Below, one piece after another: positions 53,256 to 63,295 of a DNA stretch of 64,000 nt; the first letter of the stretch is position 1, and the number at the start of each line of letters is the position of its first letter. A program made the translations under genes and the position numbers. The stretch lies in contig CAKNAS010000009.1 of NCBI GenBank assembly GCA_929200745.1, positions 12,256 through 76,255 of the forward strand, written 5' to 3'. The DNA comes from an uncultured Verrucomicrobiota bacterium. Its GTDB lineage: Bacteria; Verrucomicrobiota; Verrucomicrobiia; Verrucomicrobiales; Akkermansiaceae. The notes below the pieces were generated by a model, which was given only the letters and a program-made list of their open reading frames with translations, was not told the DNA's origin and did no database searches.

Positions 53256-53508
53256 TACAACAAAATCACCCAGACTTTCATACCATACAGCATTCATTGC
53301 TTTTATTACCCTGTGAAATCTGCCGAACCTCAAGTTTGATTTAGGGGGTAAAAAATGACAGCCCCGCCAACTATGTCCGAAGACTATGCTGACGGAGCTG
53401 TTCCCCCCCAAATATCGTTTAATTAAACGATGTTTGAAATATGCCCTAAAAAAAGAGTATATACAAGATAAAAGTTTCTGATTTTGAAATTCAAGGAAAA
53501 CCATTGAT

Positions 53509-54417
53509 CTATAAGGCTGAACTTACAAATTTCACTATAAAGTTTGTCCACTGACCCCAAGTATTCATGAATTCATTGTACCAATGATGCCATGTCAGGC
53601 TGCCTGGGGCAAGACAGAGGATGACTGATAGCAGGATTACGTTAGCGAGGTAAATCAGCACAAATGAGAAAAACACACCATTTTCTCTAAGGTCAGGCTG
53701 ATCACGAAACATCATCCATACAGTCCAGAGTAAATGGAAGGCCCAACTCGCACCGATGAGAAAGTAGAGTGCCTTATGGAGGTGTGGGATCTGTGTTGTC
53801 ATTTCCAGAAGAGTAAAGACAAGCATCACAGCTACCGACCAGAATGGTATGAAGTAGGGAGACAGCCCTATGAGAAAGTTGGTCTTGCTGGTCATGACAT
53901 AACCGCCATCTGCGGTCACATGGATACCACCAACTTTGCCGCCGCATGCGTAGACTGTAATAGCATGGGTCAGTTCATGGCCGAGCACGTAGAGATAGAG
54001 AAAGAACCGTTCACCCACGCCAGTGATAAACCAACCCGCCATCCAGAACATTCCCACGGCAAAGTAAATAAATTGTTGAGTGCGCAAAAGATCCATCCAG
54101 AAGGTGCCCTCTGGATCCACGACGAAGAGTGCTCGCGTGGTGACAATACAGATCGGAAGTAATGCGATTGCGATAAGCCAGCGGATCATTCGCGTGCCGA
54201 TCCCGAGGTGGATTAGATGGTTCTGCGCTGCGCTATCAATGGCAGCTCTTACGGAGGTTAGGACGCGCCGTTTTCCAAGCCTGCGATTTGCTCGTTGTTG
54301 TGCCCTCATGTTGGCATCATGAAATGCTTGCCGCAGTGACGGGCGACCTGCACGGCGTCTATTGCGTGTGCTTGTCCTGCCTCGATGGCTCGGGGATAGG
54401 CGTTTACCAAATCTCAT
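53509..54417 (-). CDS. membrane zinc-metallopeptidase-like protein (M50B/DUF3267-like) with an Arg-rich N-terminal tail
   Basis: HExxH within a TM region: LYVLGHELTHAITVY. About 6 TM helices. The N-terminal ~55 aa are extremely basic (RGRTSTRNRRRAGRP...). Confidence 0.55.
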   Translation of the reverse strand: MRFGKRLSPSHRGRTSTRNRRRAGRPSLRQAFHDANMRAQQRANRRLGKRRVLTSVRAAIDSAAQNHLIHLGIGTRMIRWLIAIALLPICIVTTRALFVVDPEGTFWMDLLRTQQFIYFAVGMFWMAGWFITGVGERFFLYLYVLGHELTHAITVYACGGKVGGIHVTADGGYVMTSKTNFLIGLSPYFIPFWSVAVMLVFTLLEMTTQIPHLHKALYFLIGASWAFHLLWTVWMMFRDQPDLRENGVFFSFVLIYLANVILLSVILCLAPGSLTWHHWYNEFMNTWGQWTNFIVKFVSSAL

Positions 54418-54546
54418 GACGGTGATTAAAGTAATTAAGACTACTTAAATAATGCCTCGGTGCAATGCGGAAATCCACTAGCTTGCTCTCCGATCTTAAA
54501 AAACAGACATATTTTTCTAATTCCTGCATTGGAAGCTTGAGCTAAG

Positions 54547-55935
54547 ATGTTTATTTTCCTCTGTATGTGTGGATATAAGGAGCTTCTGGAGGAGGTCAGA
54601 GATCATAAGGGCGCTGTCTTAGAGCAGAATGCGCTTGTCTTGCCGAACGAGTTGCATTTGCAAGCGTTGTGGTATGGCGGGCAGATGGGCCGTGAATTTG
54701 CTACTATTGATGGCCGAGCTGTCCGGATTGTGCAATTTGGTCATTGGAACCATGCCGCAGGACCGGATTTTCTGCACACAGCTGTCGAGATTGATGGGGA
54801 AATTCATGCTGGATCATTGGAGTTGGACCATACATTTGCCGATTGGGATAACCATGGGCATGGCAGCAATGAGGATTTTGATGATGTTGTGCTACATGTT
54901 GTTTTTGGAGACGAAGCAAAAAGCCGGTTTACACGCACATCGAATCACAGGGCAGTGCCACAGGTTATTGTTCCGGAACTTATACTGCGTGAGGCATTAC
55001 AAATTCCATTGATGGCTCAGGCGGCAGCGCATGTGGGAAGGTGTTTTATGCCTTTGGCAGAAATGCATCAGGGGAATCTAGATGCATTGATGCGTGAGGC
55101 GGCAATGCATCGGGCGAGCATTAAAGCAAAACGCCGCGCGAGAACTATTGATGCGTTAGGTGAGGAGGAATGGTTATGGCAGGCAATTTCTGAGACAATG
55201 GGGTATCGGCCCAACAAGCTTGCGATGACCTTGCTAGCACAACGTTTGCCGATCGGTTTGTTGAGGGAGTGCCCTGCTGATTGTGAGTCGATATTGTTTG
55301 GTGCAGCGGGTTTTTTAACGGCAGAAGTTCACGATGCCGCGCTTAACGATACCCGCGGTTATTTACGTGATTTATGGGGAATTTGGTGGAAAGTGCGTGA
55401 CGATTACGAACCCACTCATGATCGAAAAATCCCCTGGAAACTCTCTGGGATTCGTCCGATTAATCATCCGCAGAGGCGCGTAGCATGCTTGGCAACCATC
55501 GTGCATCACTGGGAAGATTTTCGCGCAGCATGTCTGGATTTTACTGGTTCCCAAGATTTTTTTCAAGAACTGAGGCACCCTTACTGGAGCCATCACTATA
55601 CTGTGAAATCAAAACGCAGCATGCGCAACCTCGCTCTGATGGGGGCGGATCGGCTCACAGATTTTCAAATAAATCATTTGATGCCCGCGTATTTGGTGGA
55701 TGGTGATCGTGGTGCATGGGAATATTATGAGAAGCTGCAAGCACCCGCGATTAGTGAGAAGGTTGATAAGGCCTCAATTCGCTTGTTTGGCGATATTGAG
55801 CGTCGGAAAAAATACTTACGGCAGGCATGGCAACATCAAGCGCTATTACAGATTTATCAGGACTTCTGCCTACAGGATATCAGTGATTGTGCTGAGTGTC
55901 CGTTTCCCGAGCAGCTCGCTCAGTGGCGTGGCTGA
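54547..55935 (+). CDS. DUF2851-family protein
   Basis: LHLQALWYGGQ...GRAVRIVQFGHWNHAAGPDFLHTAVEIDGEIHAGSLELDHTFADWDNHGH matches the DUF2851 N-terminal region as I remember it. Length 462 aa. Confidence 0.65.
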   Translation: MFIFLCMCGYKELLEEVRDHKGAVLEQNALVLPNELHLQALWYGGQMGREFATIDGRAVRIVQFGHWNHAAGPDFLHTAVEIDGEIHAGSLELDHTFADWDNHGHGSNEDFDDVVLHVVFGDEAKSRFTRTSNHRAVPQVIVPELILREALQIPLMAQAAAHVGRCFMPLAEMHQGNLDALMREAAMHRASIKAKRRARTIDALGEEEWLWQAISETMGYRPNKLAMTLLAQRLPIGLLRECPADCESILFGAAGFLTAEVHDAALNDTRGYLRDLWGIWWKVRDDYEPTHDRKIPWKLSGIRPINHPQRRVACLATIVHHWEDFRAACLDFTGSQDFFQELRHPYWSHHYTVKSKRSMRNLALMGADRLTDFQINHLMPAYLVDGDRGAWEYYEKLQAPAISEKVDKASIRLFGDIERRKKYLRQAWQHQALLQIYQDFCLQDISDCAECPFPEQLAQWRG

Positions 55936-55998
55936 AAAATGGGTTATTAAAAATGAATGAATATCGACTAATATCCATTCAATTCATTTTGTATTTAA

Positions 55999-57285
55999 TC
56001 ATCTGGATGGTTTGATTGTCATTAGATTCATACTCGCGGTGAAAGCCTCAGGAATAGTCATTTTCTTAAATTCGTGTCCTGCACCCCATGAATCGGAATA
56101 GATGATTTGGTCTGATTTTTCATTATAACCAATAATGAGGCGCATGTGTCCACCTCCTGCTTGCGGGATTCCCCTTTCCTTGATCACCCCGACTTGGAGA
56201 GCCCAGAGCAGAGGAATACCTTCGTTGATTTTATCTATGATCGTTTTTTTGAATCGATTGTATGTCGAACCTTTCGATCGCACGGACTTCAGTGTTTCAG
56301 CATGTGCAACGGAGAGGAATTGCTGGTAATAGGCATTTTCTGGCACCTGCCTGTGATTAGATTTTTTAGCCAGACGATTGTATGCTTTAATAGTTGATGC
56401 CGATTCACGTCGGTCGATTTCGTAGTGCTGATAGAGACGAGTTTTGGTTCTACCAGCCACGCGCTTTAATGCGTCGATCATCTTTAGTGGATTAGTTCCT
56501 CCTTGAGCACTGCTTTGCGCGATTTGTGCCATCGCATGCTGATCTACCTGCAATCCATAATAGCGGAAAACGCGTTCCGCGCTGGCGACGGCGCAGTAAC
56601 CTTTCCTGCCTTGATCGACCATGGGTATGTTTTTGATGAATACATCTCCGTTGCCTTGTTTCTCAACCGAGTCCTTTAGATCATTACGCTTTACCATCGT
56701 ATTGGTAATGCCCCCGCGTGAAGCGAACATTTCTTTTCCAAACTTCACTGAGACAAGCGTGAGTTTGAGAAACTCTGGCAGTTTTTTTGATCCGCGGCCT
56801 GTGCTGCTGGCCGTCAGTGTGATGTAGGCGCCAGGGCATTCCCATAACCAGCGATCAGCAGAAACTACGCTGCCCTTCTGAGTGCGGTTCATTTTTTCAC
56901 CATCTTTGCCGGTTTTGCTTTGAAGTAGTTTTTGCCATTTACTAGTGAGCTCATCAAATGTGTCTGTGTTGATGTTACCCATGTCGCCTCGGTTGTAGAT
57001 GGATATTTCGAACGAGTGCAGTTTGCCATCGCGACTTCGTAAAATGGTTTCCCCCACAGGCTGTTGCCAGAGCCGAAGGCCTTTAGTTGTGGATCTAGCG
57101 TCATTTTTGGCTTTTGAAAGCCAATGAAATCGTAGATGACTACGCTTATTGAGGACCTCACCAACTGGCTGTTTCCACATATTTGAATCCATGAATAGAA
57201 TTTGTAAGTCTGGCACAGGTGCGGCGGCCAGGCGGGTAAGGCTAAAACCAAGTAGGATGGCAATGGCGGTGGAGAATAATTGCAT
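55999..57285 (-). CDS. secreted protein with a C-terminal papain-fold (C39-like) cysteine peptidase domain
   Basis: Signal peptide MQLFSTAIAILLGFSLTRLAAAP. Q-x5-C (DQGRKGYCAVAS), His in GGGHMRLIIGY, and Asp in IYSDSWG form a plausible Gln/Cys/His/Asp set. Confidence 0.5.
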   Translation of the reverse strand: MQLFSTAIAILLGFSLTRLAAAPVPDLQILFMDSNMWKQPVGEVLNKRSHLRFHWLSKAKNDARSTTKGLRLWQQPVGETILRSRDGKLHSFEISIYNRGDMGNINTDTFDELTSKWQKLLQSKTGKDGEKMNRTQKGSVVSADRWLWECPGAYITLTASSTGRGSKKLPEFLKLTLVSVKFGKEMFASRGGITNTMVKRNDLKDSVEKQGNGDVFIKNIPMVDQGRKGYCAVASAERVFRYYGLQVDQHAMAQIAQSSAQGGTNPLKMIDALKRVAGRTKTRLYQHYEIDRRESASTIKAYNRLAKKSNHRQVPENAYYQQFLSVAHAETLKSVRSKGSTYNRFKKTIIDKINEGIPLLWALQVGVIKERGIPQAGGGHMRLIIGYNEKSDQIIYSDSWGAGHEFKKMTIPEAFTASMNLMTIKPSR

Positions 57286-57338
57286 GATAATCTAAGCGCT
57301 GTAGAGCGTTGGCTTTATTTTATTGTCTGTTGAAAGAT

Positions 57339-58289
57339 TTAGATCTTCGTTTCTGCGAGGCATTCCACTTCAACACCAACGCCCTCTTCAAGTACAAGTA
57401 GGTGATCGGTGACACCAAGTCGATCAGCTTCAGCACGCAAGCGTTCCACAGGTTCGTGATCGGGTTCATTGCCGAGCGCGAAGGTGCCATAATGCATTGG
57501 GATAAGAATACCCGCTTCCATCTCGATAAATGCCCGTACGGCCTCTTCGGGATTCATGTGCACGTTTCTACCGCTGGGGGCATCATAAGCACCAATGGGC
57601 ATGAGTGCCACATCCGGTGTGTGGTGCTTACCAATCTCTTTAAAACCATCAAAATAAGCGCTGTCGCCGCAGTGGAATACCTTACACTTACCGGATTGAA
57701 CCATATAGCCGCCGTAGTCGCGATGGGTATCATGCAAATAACGCGCGCCCCAGTGATGGCTCGGAGTGTGGGTTATCTGAAGGTTTTCAAAATTAAGTTT
57801 ATCCCACACCGACATCTCATGCACTTTGTTGAACCCAAGACGCCTAACAAGTTTTCCACTACCATTTGGAACTACGATACCCTCGTGCGATTCAAGAATT
57901 TTGAGGCTCTTCTTGTGTAAATGATCGAAGTGGGCGTGGGTGACCATGACCAAATCAACCAGTGGCATTAACTGCAGGCCGAGTCCTGGTTCACGTTTAC
58001 GTTTAACGACACCGTGCCAGTTTGCCCAGTTTGGATCAATGATGACTGAGTGATCGGGGAACTGAATAAGAAACGAGGCGTGGCCGATCCATGTGACCCG
58101 GATTTTTCCCTCATCTGGGGCATGTGGAATGGGGTCACGTTGTGTGCCATCTCTCTTGTGGAAAACTTGAGGCAGCAGGCGGTGGCGCAGAAAGTGGTAA
58201 TTACGTTTGGGCCAGCCTTTTTTGGGAAGGATGCCTGCGTAGTCTGCTCGCCTATTACCTTTGAGTTGATTGGATACTGGGTTGACCAT
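57339..58289 (-). CDS. MBL-fold metallo-hydrolase (NAPE-PLD-like subgroup)
   Basis: VTHAHFDHL (HxHxDH), IRVTWIGHASFLI, and GDSAY. Length 316 aa. Confidence 0.8.
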   Translation of the reverse strand: MVNPVSNQLKGNRRADYAGILPKKGWPKRNYHFLRHRLLPQVFHKRDGTQRDPIPHAPDEGKIRVTWIGHASFLIQFPDHSVIIDPNWANWHGVVKRKREPGLGLQLMPLVDLVMVTHAHFDHLHKKSLKILESHEGIVVPNGSGKLVRRLGFNKVHEMSVWDKLNFENLQITHTPSHHWGARYLHDTHRDYGGYMVQSGKCKVFHCGDSAYFDGFKEIGKHHTPDVALMPIGAYDAPSGRNVHMNPEEAVRAFIEMEAGILIPMHYGTFALGNEPDHEPVERLRAEADRLGVTDHLLVLEEGVGVEVECLAETKI

Positions 58290-58402
58290 GATTGTTAACA
58301 GAGAAAATATGTGCTAATTGTAATTTGCTACGGGAATGCGAAGTGTGCAACCATTCTCTGATTCTCGTTGATTTTATTGATTTGTGTGGAAATGATCAAT
58401 TC

Positions 58403-59269
58403 GTGAAGCATGTTGGCATAACACTTGGAGATCAAGCAGGCATTGGCCCTGAAGTAGTAAGAGCCGCTCTGGAATCAGGCAATCTACCTGCTGGCTTTGA
58501 TTTCAAGATTATCGGTGAAACGATCGATGCGTGCCCTGGGAAACCATCTCGTGCATCGGCGCAGGCTGCTCTGGATGCGCTTGAGGAATCGGTGCAACTG
58601 CTTAAATCGGGCGAGATCGACGCCGTGGTTACGGCGCCAGTTGGAAAGGAGGGACTACACGAGTTGGGTTTTCTTTTCCCCGGACAAACGGAGTTTTTTG
58701 CTGAGCGGTTAGGGTGCACCAATCATGCGATGTGCTTGACGGGCAAAAACCTTACTGTAGCACTTGTGACAATTCATGTGGGAGTGGCTGAGGTTCCTAA
58801 TCTGTTAGATTTGGATGAGATTGTTCGTATTGGAAAACTGTTAGCGCAGTTCTGTCATCAGCGGGGTATTACACAACCTAGAATTGCCGTCTGTGGTCTT
58901 AACCCGCACGCAGGAGAAAATGGTGTATTTGGTCGTGAGGATATTGAAATCATTGCCCCTGCTGTGGATCTGTTAAGCCAGCTCGGTAGTGGAGCCGATT
59001 ACTCGGGGCCGCATCCGCCGGATACGATTTTCCGCCCAGCGGCAGATGGTGAATACGATGCTGTGCTTTGCATGTATCACGATCAGGGGTTGATCCCCCT
59101 TAAATTGTTAGATTTTGATACAGGGGTGAACGTAACGCTCGGCTTGCCATATCCCCGTACTAGCCCAGACCATGGAACGGCTTATGATATCGCTGGAACT
59201 GGTAAGGCAGACGCTAGCTCAATGACGCATGCGATTCAGCTGGCGTGCAAAATGGTGAGTGAGAGGTAA
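58403..59269 (+). CDS. pdxA: 4-hydroxythreonine-4-phosphate dehydrogenase
   Basis: ITLGDQAGIGPEVV N-terminus, NPHAGENG, MYHDQGLIP, and SPDHGTAYDIAGTGKAD. The GTG at 58403 is preferred. The track ORF starts at 58292, only 2 nt from the divergent gene's start codon. Confidence 0.85.
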   Translation: MKHVGITLGDQAGIGPEVVRAALESGNLPAGFDFKIIGETIDACPGKPSRASAQAALDALEESVQLLKSGEIDAVVTAPVGKEGLHELGFLFPGQTEFFAERLGCTNHAMCLTGKNLTVALVTIHVGVAEVPNLLDLDEIVRIGKLLAQFCHQRGITQPRIAVCGLNPHAGENGVFGREDIEIIAPAVDLLSQLGSGADYSGPHPPDTIFRPAADGEYDAVLCMYHDQGLIPLKLLDFDTGVNVTLGLPYPRTSPDHGTAYDIAGTGKADASSMTHAIQLACKMVSER

Positions 59270-59270
59270 G

Positions 59271-61178
59271 ATGAATGATGCAATAGGTAATGCTCTTAAG
59301 CATCATTTCGGGCACGATTCGCTAAGAGGTGGGCAGCGGGAAGTGATTGATCGCGTATTGGCTGGGGTGAACACTCTGGCGGTGCTTCCGACCGGTGGAG
59401 GTAAGTCGCTTTGCTATCAGCTGCCAGCGGTGATGCTTGATGGGATGACCGTTGTGGTTTCGCCGCTGATCGCATTGATGCGTGATCAGGTGGATGTATT
59501 AAAGCGAAACAAAATAGATGCTGAGCGACTTGATTCTGCTGGCACGGAAGAAGAGAATGACAAGATTACGCAAAAAGTTTTACGCGGTGAGATTAAGATC
59601 CTTTATGTATCACCTGAGTGGCTTAGCCGATCAAATTTATTGGATATATTGAATGACCAGAATGTGTCATTGGTTGCCATTGACGAAGCTCATTGTGTCT
59701 CGGAGTGGGGGCATAGTTTTCGGCCGTCATATCTGCGCCTCGCTAAGAGGGTAAGTAAAATAAAACCTCGCTCAATACTTGCGCTTACCGCGACGGCTGG
59801 GCCATCTGTAGCACGCGAAATACGCAAGGTATTTGGGATCCTGAAGTGCGATCAGGTTCAGACTACATTTTTCCGTCCCAATCTTCATTTCCTAATACGT
59901 CCGTGTGCGGATGAGAAAAAAGATGCGTTATTGTTAGATTGTTTATCGGATGCCGAGAATTTTCCAGCAATTGTCTATGCGACGAAGCGTGAAACGGTCG
60001 AGTCGGTGGCATCCACGCTCAGGGGACAGGGCATTCATGCCTGTGCCTACCATGCGGGGATGCCGGCAGATGCTCGCAGTGTGGTTCAGGATGAATTTTT
60101 AACAGGGAAAACACCTGTGATTTGTGCGACGATTGCTTTCGGTATGGGGGTAGATATGCCGTCCGTGCGTACAGTGGTGCATTACCAGCCACCAAAATCT
60201 CCTGAGGGATGGATTCAGGAAAGTGGGAGGGCCGGTCGCGATGGAGAAATTAGCCAATGTGTCTTACTCGCCAGTGAGAACGACCGCGCGCTATTAGAAA
60301 ATTTTGTTGTCGCGCAAAAACCGACGCGCAAAGCCGTAGAGAACATCCTTAGTAAGTTTTTTTCACAAGGTAAACGTGCTGTAGTTTCGCATTACGATCT
60401 CAGCACACTTAACGATGTAGCGCGAGCCACTTTGGATATCCTTGTTGCCCGCCTAGAAATTCTTGGTCTCATCGTGCCGGATGAAGGATCGTGGCTCTGG
60501 TGTCATGCTGTGCCACTGGAGCCGATAGATAAAATTCTGCTTGGATTCAAACCTGCCGAACAAAAATTGTTGAAGCCGATTCTAGAAACTCGCCAGCGTG
60601 TTAATCTTACTGAGGTATCTGGTGGCAGTGCTGCAGGTCAGCAAAAGCTCATGCTGCTGCTCTCCGAGCTGAACGCGAGCGGCGATGCACGTATGAAATT
60701 TAGCCATAGCCTGCATCACTACCGGATTCGTAAACAGCCCGACAATTTATCAAAACTCACAGATAAAATGTATGAAGTCATTCTAGATCACTCTGGTGAT
60801 GATTTGCGTCGGATCGACACGGTTTTTTCCATCGCAACCAGCCGGAAATGCATCGCTGCCTCGTTGTTAGCCCATTTTGGCGAGAAACTGGCAGAGCCAT
60901 GCGGCAATTGCTCGTCGTGTAGGGGAGAAAAAAGACCACGCAAACTCCCACAAACTCGCGTGGATGAGGTCACCGTGGATGAGCTGGAGACGATTCAACA
61001 AGTTGTCGCCCTGCGTAAACCGGCCCTGGCAAGTCCAGAGCGACTCGCGCGGTTTCTCTGTGGTATCTACAGTCCGGGTATGATGCGTTACCGACTCTAT
61101 CGGAATGCTCATTGGGGTTTGCTTAACAGGTTACCGTTTGAGGATGTTTTGGGTTACGCTAGGGCGCAGTTGATGTGA
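59271..61178 (+). CDS. recQ: ATP-dependent DNA helicase, RecQ family
   Basis: LPTGGGKSLCYQLP, DEAHCVSEWGHSFRPSY, TATA, and QESGRAGRDG. The ATG at 59271 is preceded by GAGAGG. An alternative GTG at 59259 overlaps the pdxA stop. Confidence 0.9.
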   Translation: MNDAIGNALKHHFGHDSLRGGQREVIDRVLAGVNTLAVLPTGGGKSLCYQLPAVMLDGMTVVVSPLIALMRDQVDVLKRNKIDAERLDSAGTEEENDKITQKVLRGEIKILYVSPEWLSRSNLLDILNDQNVSLVAIDEAHCVSEWGHSFRPSYLRLAKRVSKIKPRSILALTATAGPSVAREIRKVFGILKCDQVQTTFFRPNLHFLIRPCADEKKDALLLDCLSDAENFPAIVYATKRETVESVASTLRGQGIHACAYHAGMPADARSVVQDEFLTGKTPVICATIAFGMGVDMPSVRTVVHYQPPKSPEGWIQESGRAGRDGEISQCVLLASENDRALLENFVVAQKPTRKAVENILSKFFSQGKRAVVSHYDLSTLNDVARATLDILVARLEILGLIVPDEGSWLWCHAVPLEPIDKILLGFKPAEQKLLKPILETRQRVNLTEVSGGSAAGQQKLMLLLSELNASGDARMKFSHSLHHYRIRKQPDNLSKLTDKMYEVILDHSGDDLRRIDTVFSIATSRKCIAASLLAHFGEKLAEPCGNCSSCRGEKRPRKLPQTRVDEVTVDELETIQQVVALRKPALASPERLARFLCGIYSPGMMRYRLYRNAHWGLLNRLPFEDVLGYARAQLM

Positions 61179-61256
61179 CTTTCACGCAATAAGATGTGGA
61201 TTTGATATGAGCTTTGGGCTGGATTAATTCCACACGTGTAACATGATCGACTTTCG

Positions 61257-62408
61257 ATGTCTGACCCATTTAATCCCGAATTACCATCTATTGAGCATTT
61301 ACAAGCGAGGGCGCGTAAGCGTCTGCCGCGATTTGCCTATGAGTATCTGAGCGGTGGCTGTTTTTCAGATATCAACATTCAGAGAAACACTGATGATATT
61401 CGTGAGGTCCTTCTGCGGCCGTATTACCTGAGAGATTATCCCGGATCTAACATGGAGACTGAAATCTTTGGGAAAAAATATAGTGCCCCGTTTGGAGTTG
61501 CCCCGATCGGCTTACAGGGTTTGATGTGGCCACGGGCAACAGAGATTCTTGCCGAGGCATCACACAAGCACAACATTCCCTTTATTCTTAGCACGGTAGG
61601 AACGGCGAGTATCGAGAAAGTTGCCGAGCTCACCGAGGGTGAGGCATGGTTCCAGCTCTATCATCCGGCGGAGGAGGAGATGCGCGATAAGTTGCTCACG
61701 CGAGCTGCCGAAGCGGAAGTCCCCGTGCTGGTGATCCTTGGTGATACACCAACATTTGCTTACCGACCGAAGGAGATTAAGAATGGTCTATCGATCCCTC
61801 CGCGTATGAGCCTGCGCAATATTTTCCAAATGTGCACCAGCCCCACGTGGTCGATCACCAGTCTCTTCGCTGGTATTCCCGAGTTTAAAACGATGAGGCC
61901 TTACATCCCGAAAGGCCTCAACATGAAACACCTCGGTGAGTTCATGAATAAGACTTTTTCCGGAAGGCTAAGTGAGGATCGTATCAAGGCGATCCGCGAC
62001 AAATGGCAAGGTAAGCTCGTGCTTAAGGGTGTAGCCACATGTGAAGATATGGAAAAAGCGGTGAGTCTCGGAGTGGATGGCGTCATTGTATCCAACCACG
62101 GTGGTCGTCAACTCGATGCTGGCCAATCGACCATCAAACCTCTCGCTGAGATTGCGAAGGAGTTTAAGGGTAAGACCACGATCATGATGGACAGCGGCAT
62201 CCGCTCAGGATCAGACGTTGCCTGCACCATGGCAAGTGGTGCTGAGTTCACCTTCCTGGGACGATCTTTCATGTATGGCGTTGGTGCCATGGGCAAAAGA
62301 GGGGGGGAGCACACGATGATCATGCTAAAACGTCAGCTTCAACAAGTGATGGAACAGGTTGGCTGCGAGAGGGTCGAAGACTTGCACAAGCACCTAATTG
62401 CGGACTAA
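61257..62408 (+). CDS. FMN-dependent alpha-hydroxy-acid dehydrogenase/oxidase (L-lactate dehydrogenase LldD-like)
   Basis: Family signature VSNHGGRQLD, DSGIRSG, and the N-terminal ARKRLPRFAYEYLSGG. Length 383 aa. Confidence 0.85.
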   Translation: MSDPFNPELPSIEHLQARARKRLPRFAYEYLSGGCFSDINIQRNTDDIREVLLRPYYLRDYPGSNMETEIFGKKYSAPFGVAPIGLQGLMWPRATEILAEASHKHNIPFILSTVGTASIEKVAELTEGEAWFQLYHPAEEEMRDKLLTRAAEAEVPVLVILGDTPTFAYRPKEIKNGLSIPPRMSLRNIFQMCTSPTWSITSLFAGIPEFKTMRPYIPKGLNMKHLGEFMNKTFSGRLSEDRIKAIRDKWQGKLVLKGVATCEDMEKAVSLGVDGVIVSNHGGRQLDAGQSTIKPLAEIAKEFKGKTTIMMDSGIRSGSDVACTMASGAEFTFLGRSFMYGVGAMGKRGGEHTMIMLKRQLQQVMEQVGCERVEDLHKHLIAD

Positions 62409-63181
62409 GTAATCTGGTAAATCTCCTGTGCGTTACTTGTGTAGATCGAGTCACGTTCATCTTCGGATAAATGAGTAACAAGGTTATCGATAGTATTGAG
62501 CCAGACGGGGTATGCGATGGTGTTGCGAGGCCAGTTTGATCCAAAAAGCAGCCGCTGTGGCCCGAATGCAGAAAGTGCTGAATCAAATGCCACTTGGGTG
62601 GCCTCTGTGATCTGATAGGTTGTTTCGCCGGTGACGCCTGTAGCGAGTCCGCAAAGACGATAATAAACGTGAGGGCGTCTGCCGACTTCGCGCAGAACGC
62701 GTTGCCATTCTTTGTCCATGGAGATGGCATCTCCCATGGAGTGATCGAGCACTATGTTCAGGCTGGGATGCGCATCGAGAAATGGGATAATGTCTCGCAT
62801 TTGATCTGGAGATAGTAATACGTCCAATGGTTTGCCGGATTGTTCGATCAGGCTCACCCCGTGGGTGACCTCTTGGTTGTTGTTGTGCTCGATGCCATGG
62901 ATATCTGAAAAATCGGCAAGATATCCGACAATGCGATTTTCACGGCGATCGGCATCTATTTGGATACGTAGTTTTCTGGTGTTAGACAAGGGTGCTGCAG
63001 TAATAACACCCCGAACCAACCCTTCTGATTCTTTAGCGAGCTTGAGGTGAGATTGCATCGCCGATTTACAAAATGAACGTTGAACGACAATCACTTGGGT
63101 TACCCCACTAAATTCCAGTGCGTCCTCTAATTGTGATAGTGAATCTTCGTTGCCCGAGAGCTCAACGTGTGCATCAATCAT
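62405..63181 (-). CDS. amidohydrolase_2 (TIM-barrel metal-dependent hydrolase/lactonase-like) family protein
   Basis: MIDAHVEL N-terminus (the usual HxH reads HxE here), IVLDHSMG, LLFGSNWP, and a C-terminal NAQEIYQI. It overlaps the convergent lldD-like stop by 4 nt. Confidence 0.6.
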   Translation of the reverse strand: MIDAHVELSGNEDSLSQLEDALEFSGVTQVIVVQRSFCKSAMQSHLKLAKESEGLVRGVITAAPLSNTRKLRIQIDADRRENRIVGYLADFSDIHGIEHNNNQEVTHGVSLIEQSGKPLDVLLSPDQMRDIIPFLDAHPSLNIVLDHSMGDAISMDKEWQRVLREVGRRPHVYYRLCGLATGVTGETTYQITEATQVAFDSALSAFGPQRLLFGSNWPRNTIAYPVWLNTIDNLVTHLSEDERDSIYTSNAQEIYQIT

Positions 63182-63295
63182 ACTGCAAGGTTACGGCTAA
63201 TCATGACTTGATGGCAATCTACTTACACAGGTTTTATTTAAGCATAGGCATGTAAGTTCAGCTTTTCTTAATCCTCTAAACCATGCATCCTAGAG

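Noticed and set aside
53187-53504. A 105-aa minus-strand ORF filling the convergent spacer after the M50B-like gene.
   Set aside because: It overlaps the 3' end of the YbjN-like gene. Its translation has no motifs and an odd composition, and nothing suggests a ribosome-binding site.
58292-58402. A Cys-rich (CANC-x5-CEVC) N-terminal extension of pdxA that looks like a zinc knuckle.
   Set aside because: The ATG at 58292 is only 2 nt from the start codon of the divergent MBL gene, leaving no promoter space. The segment is AT-rich like intergenic DNA. PdxA homologues start right at the xxITxGDxxGIGPE motif, which a GTG at 58403 provides. The Cys pattern is probably chance.
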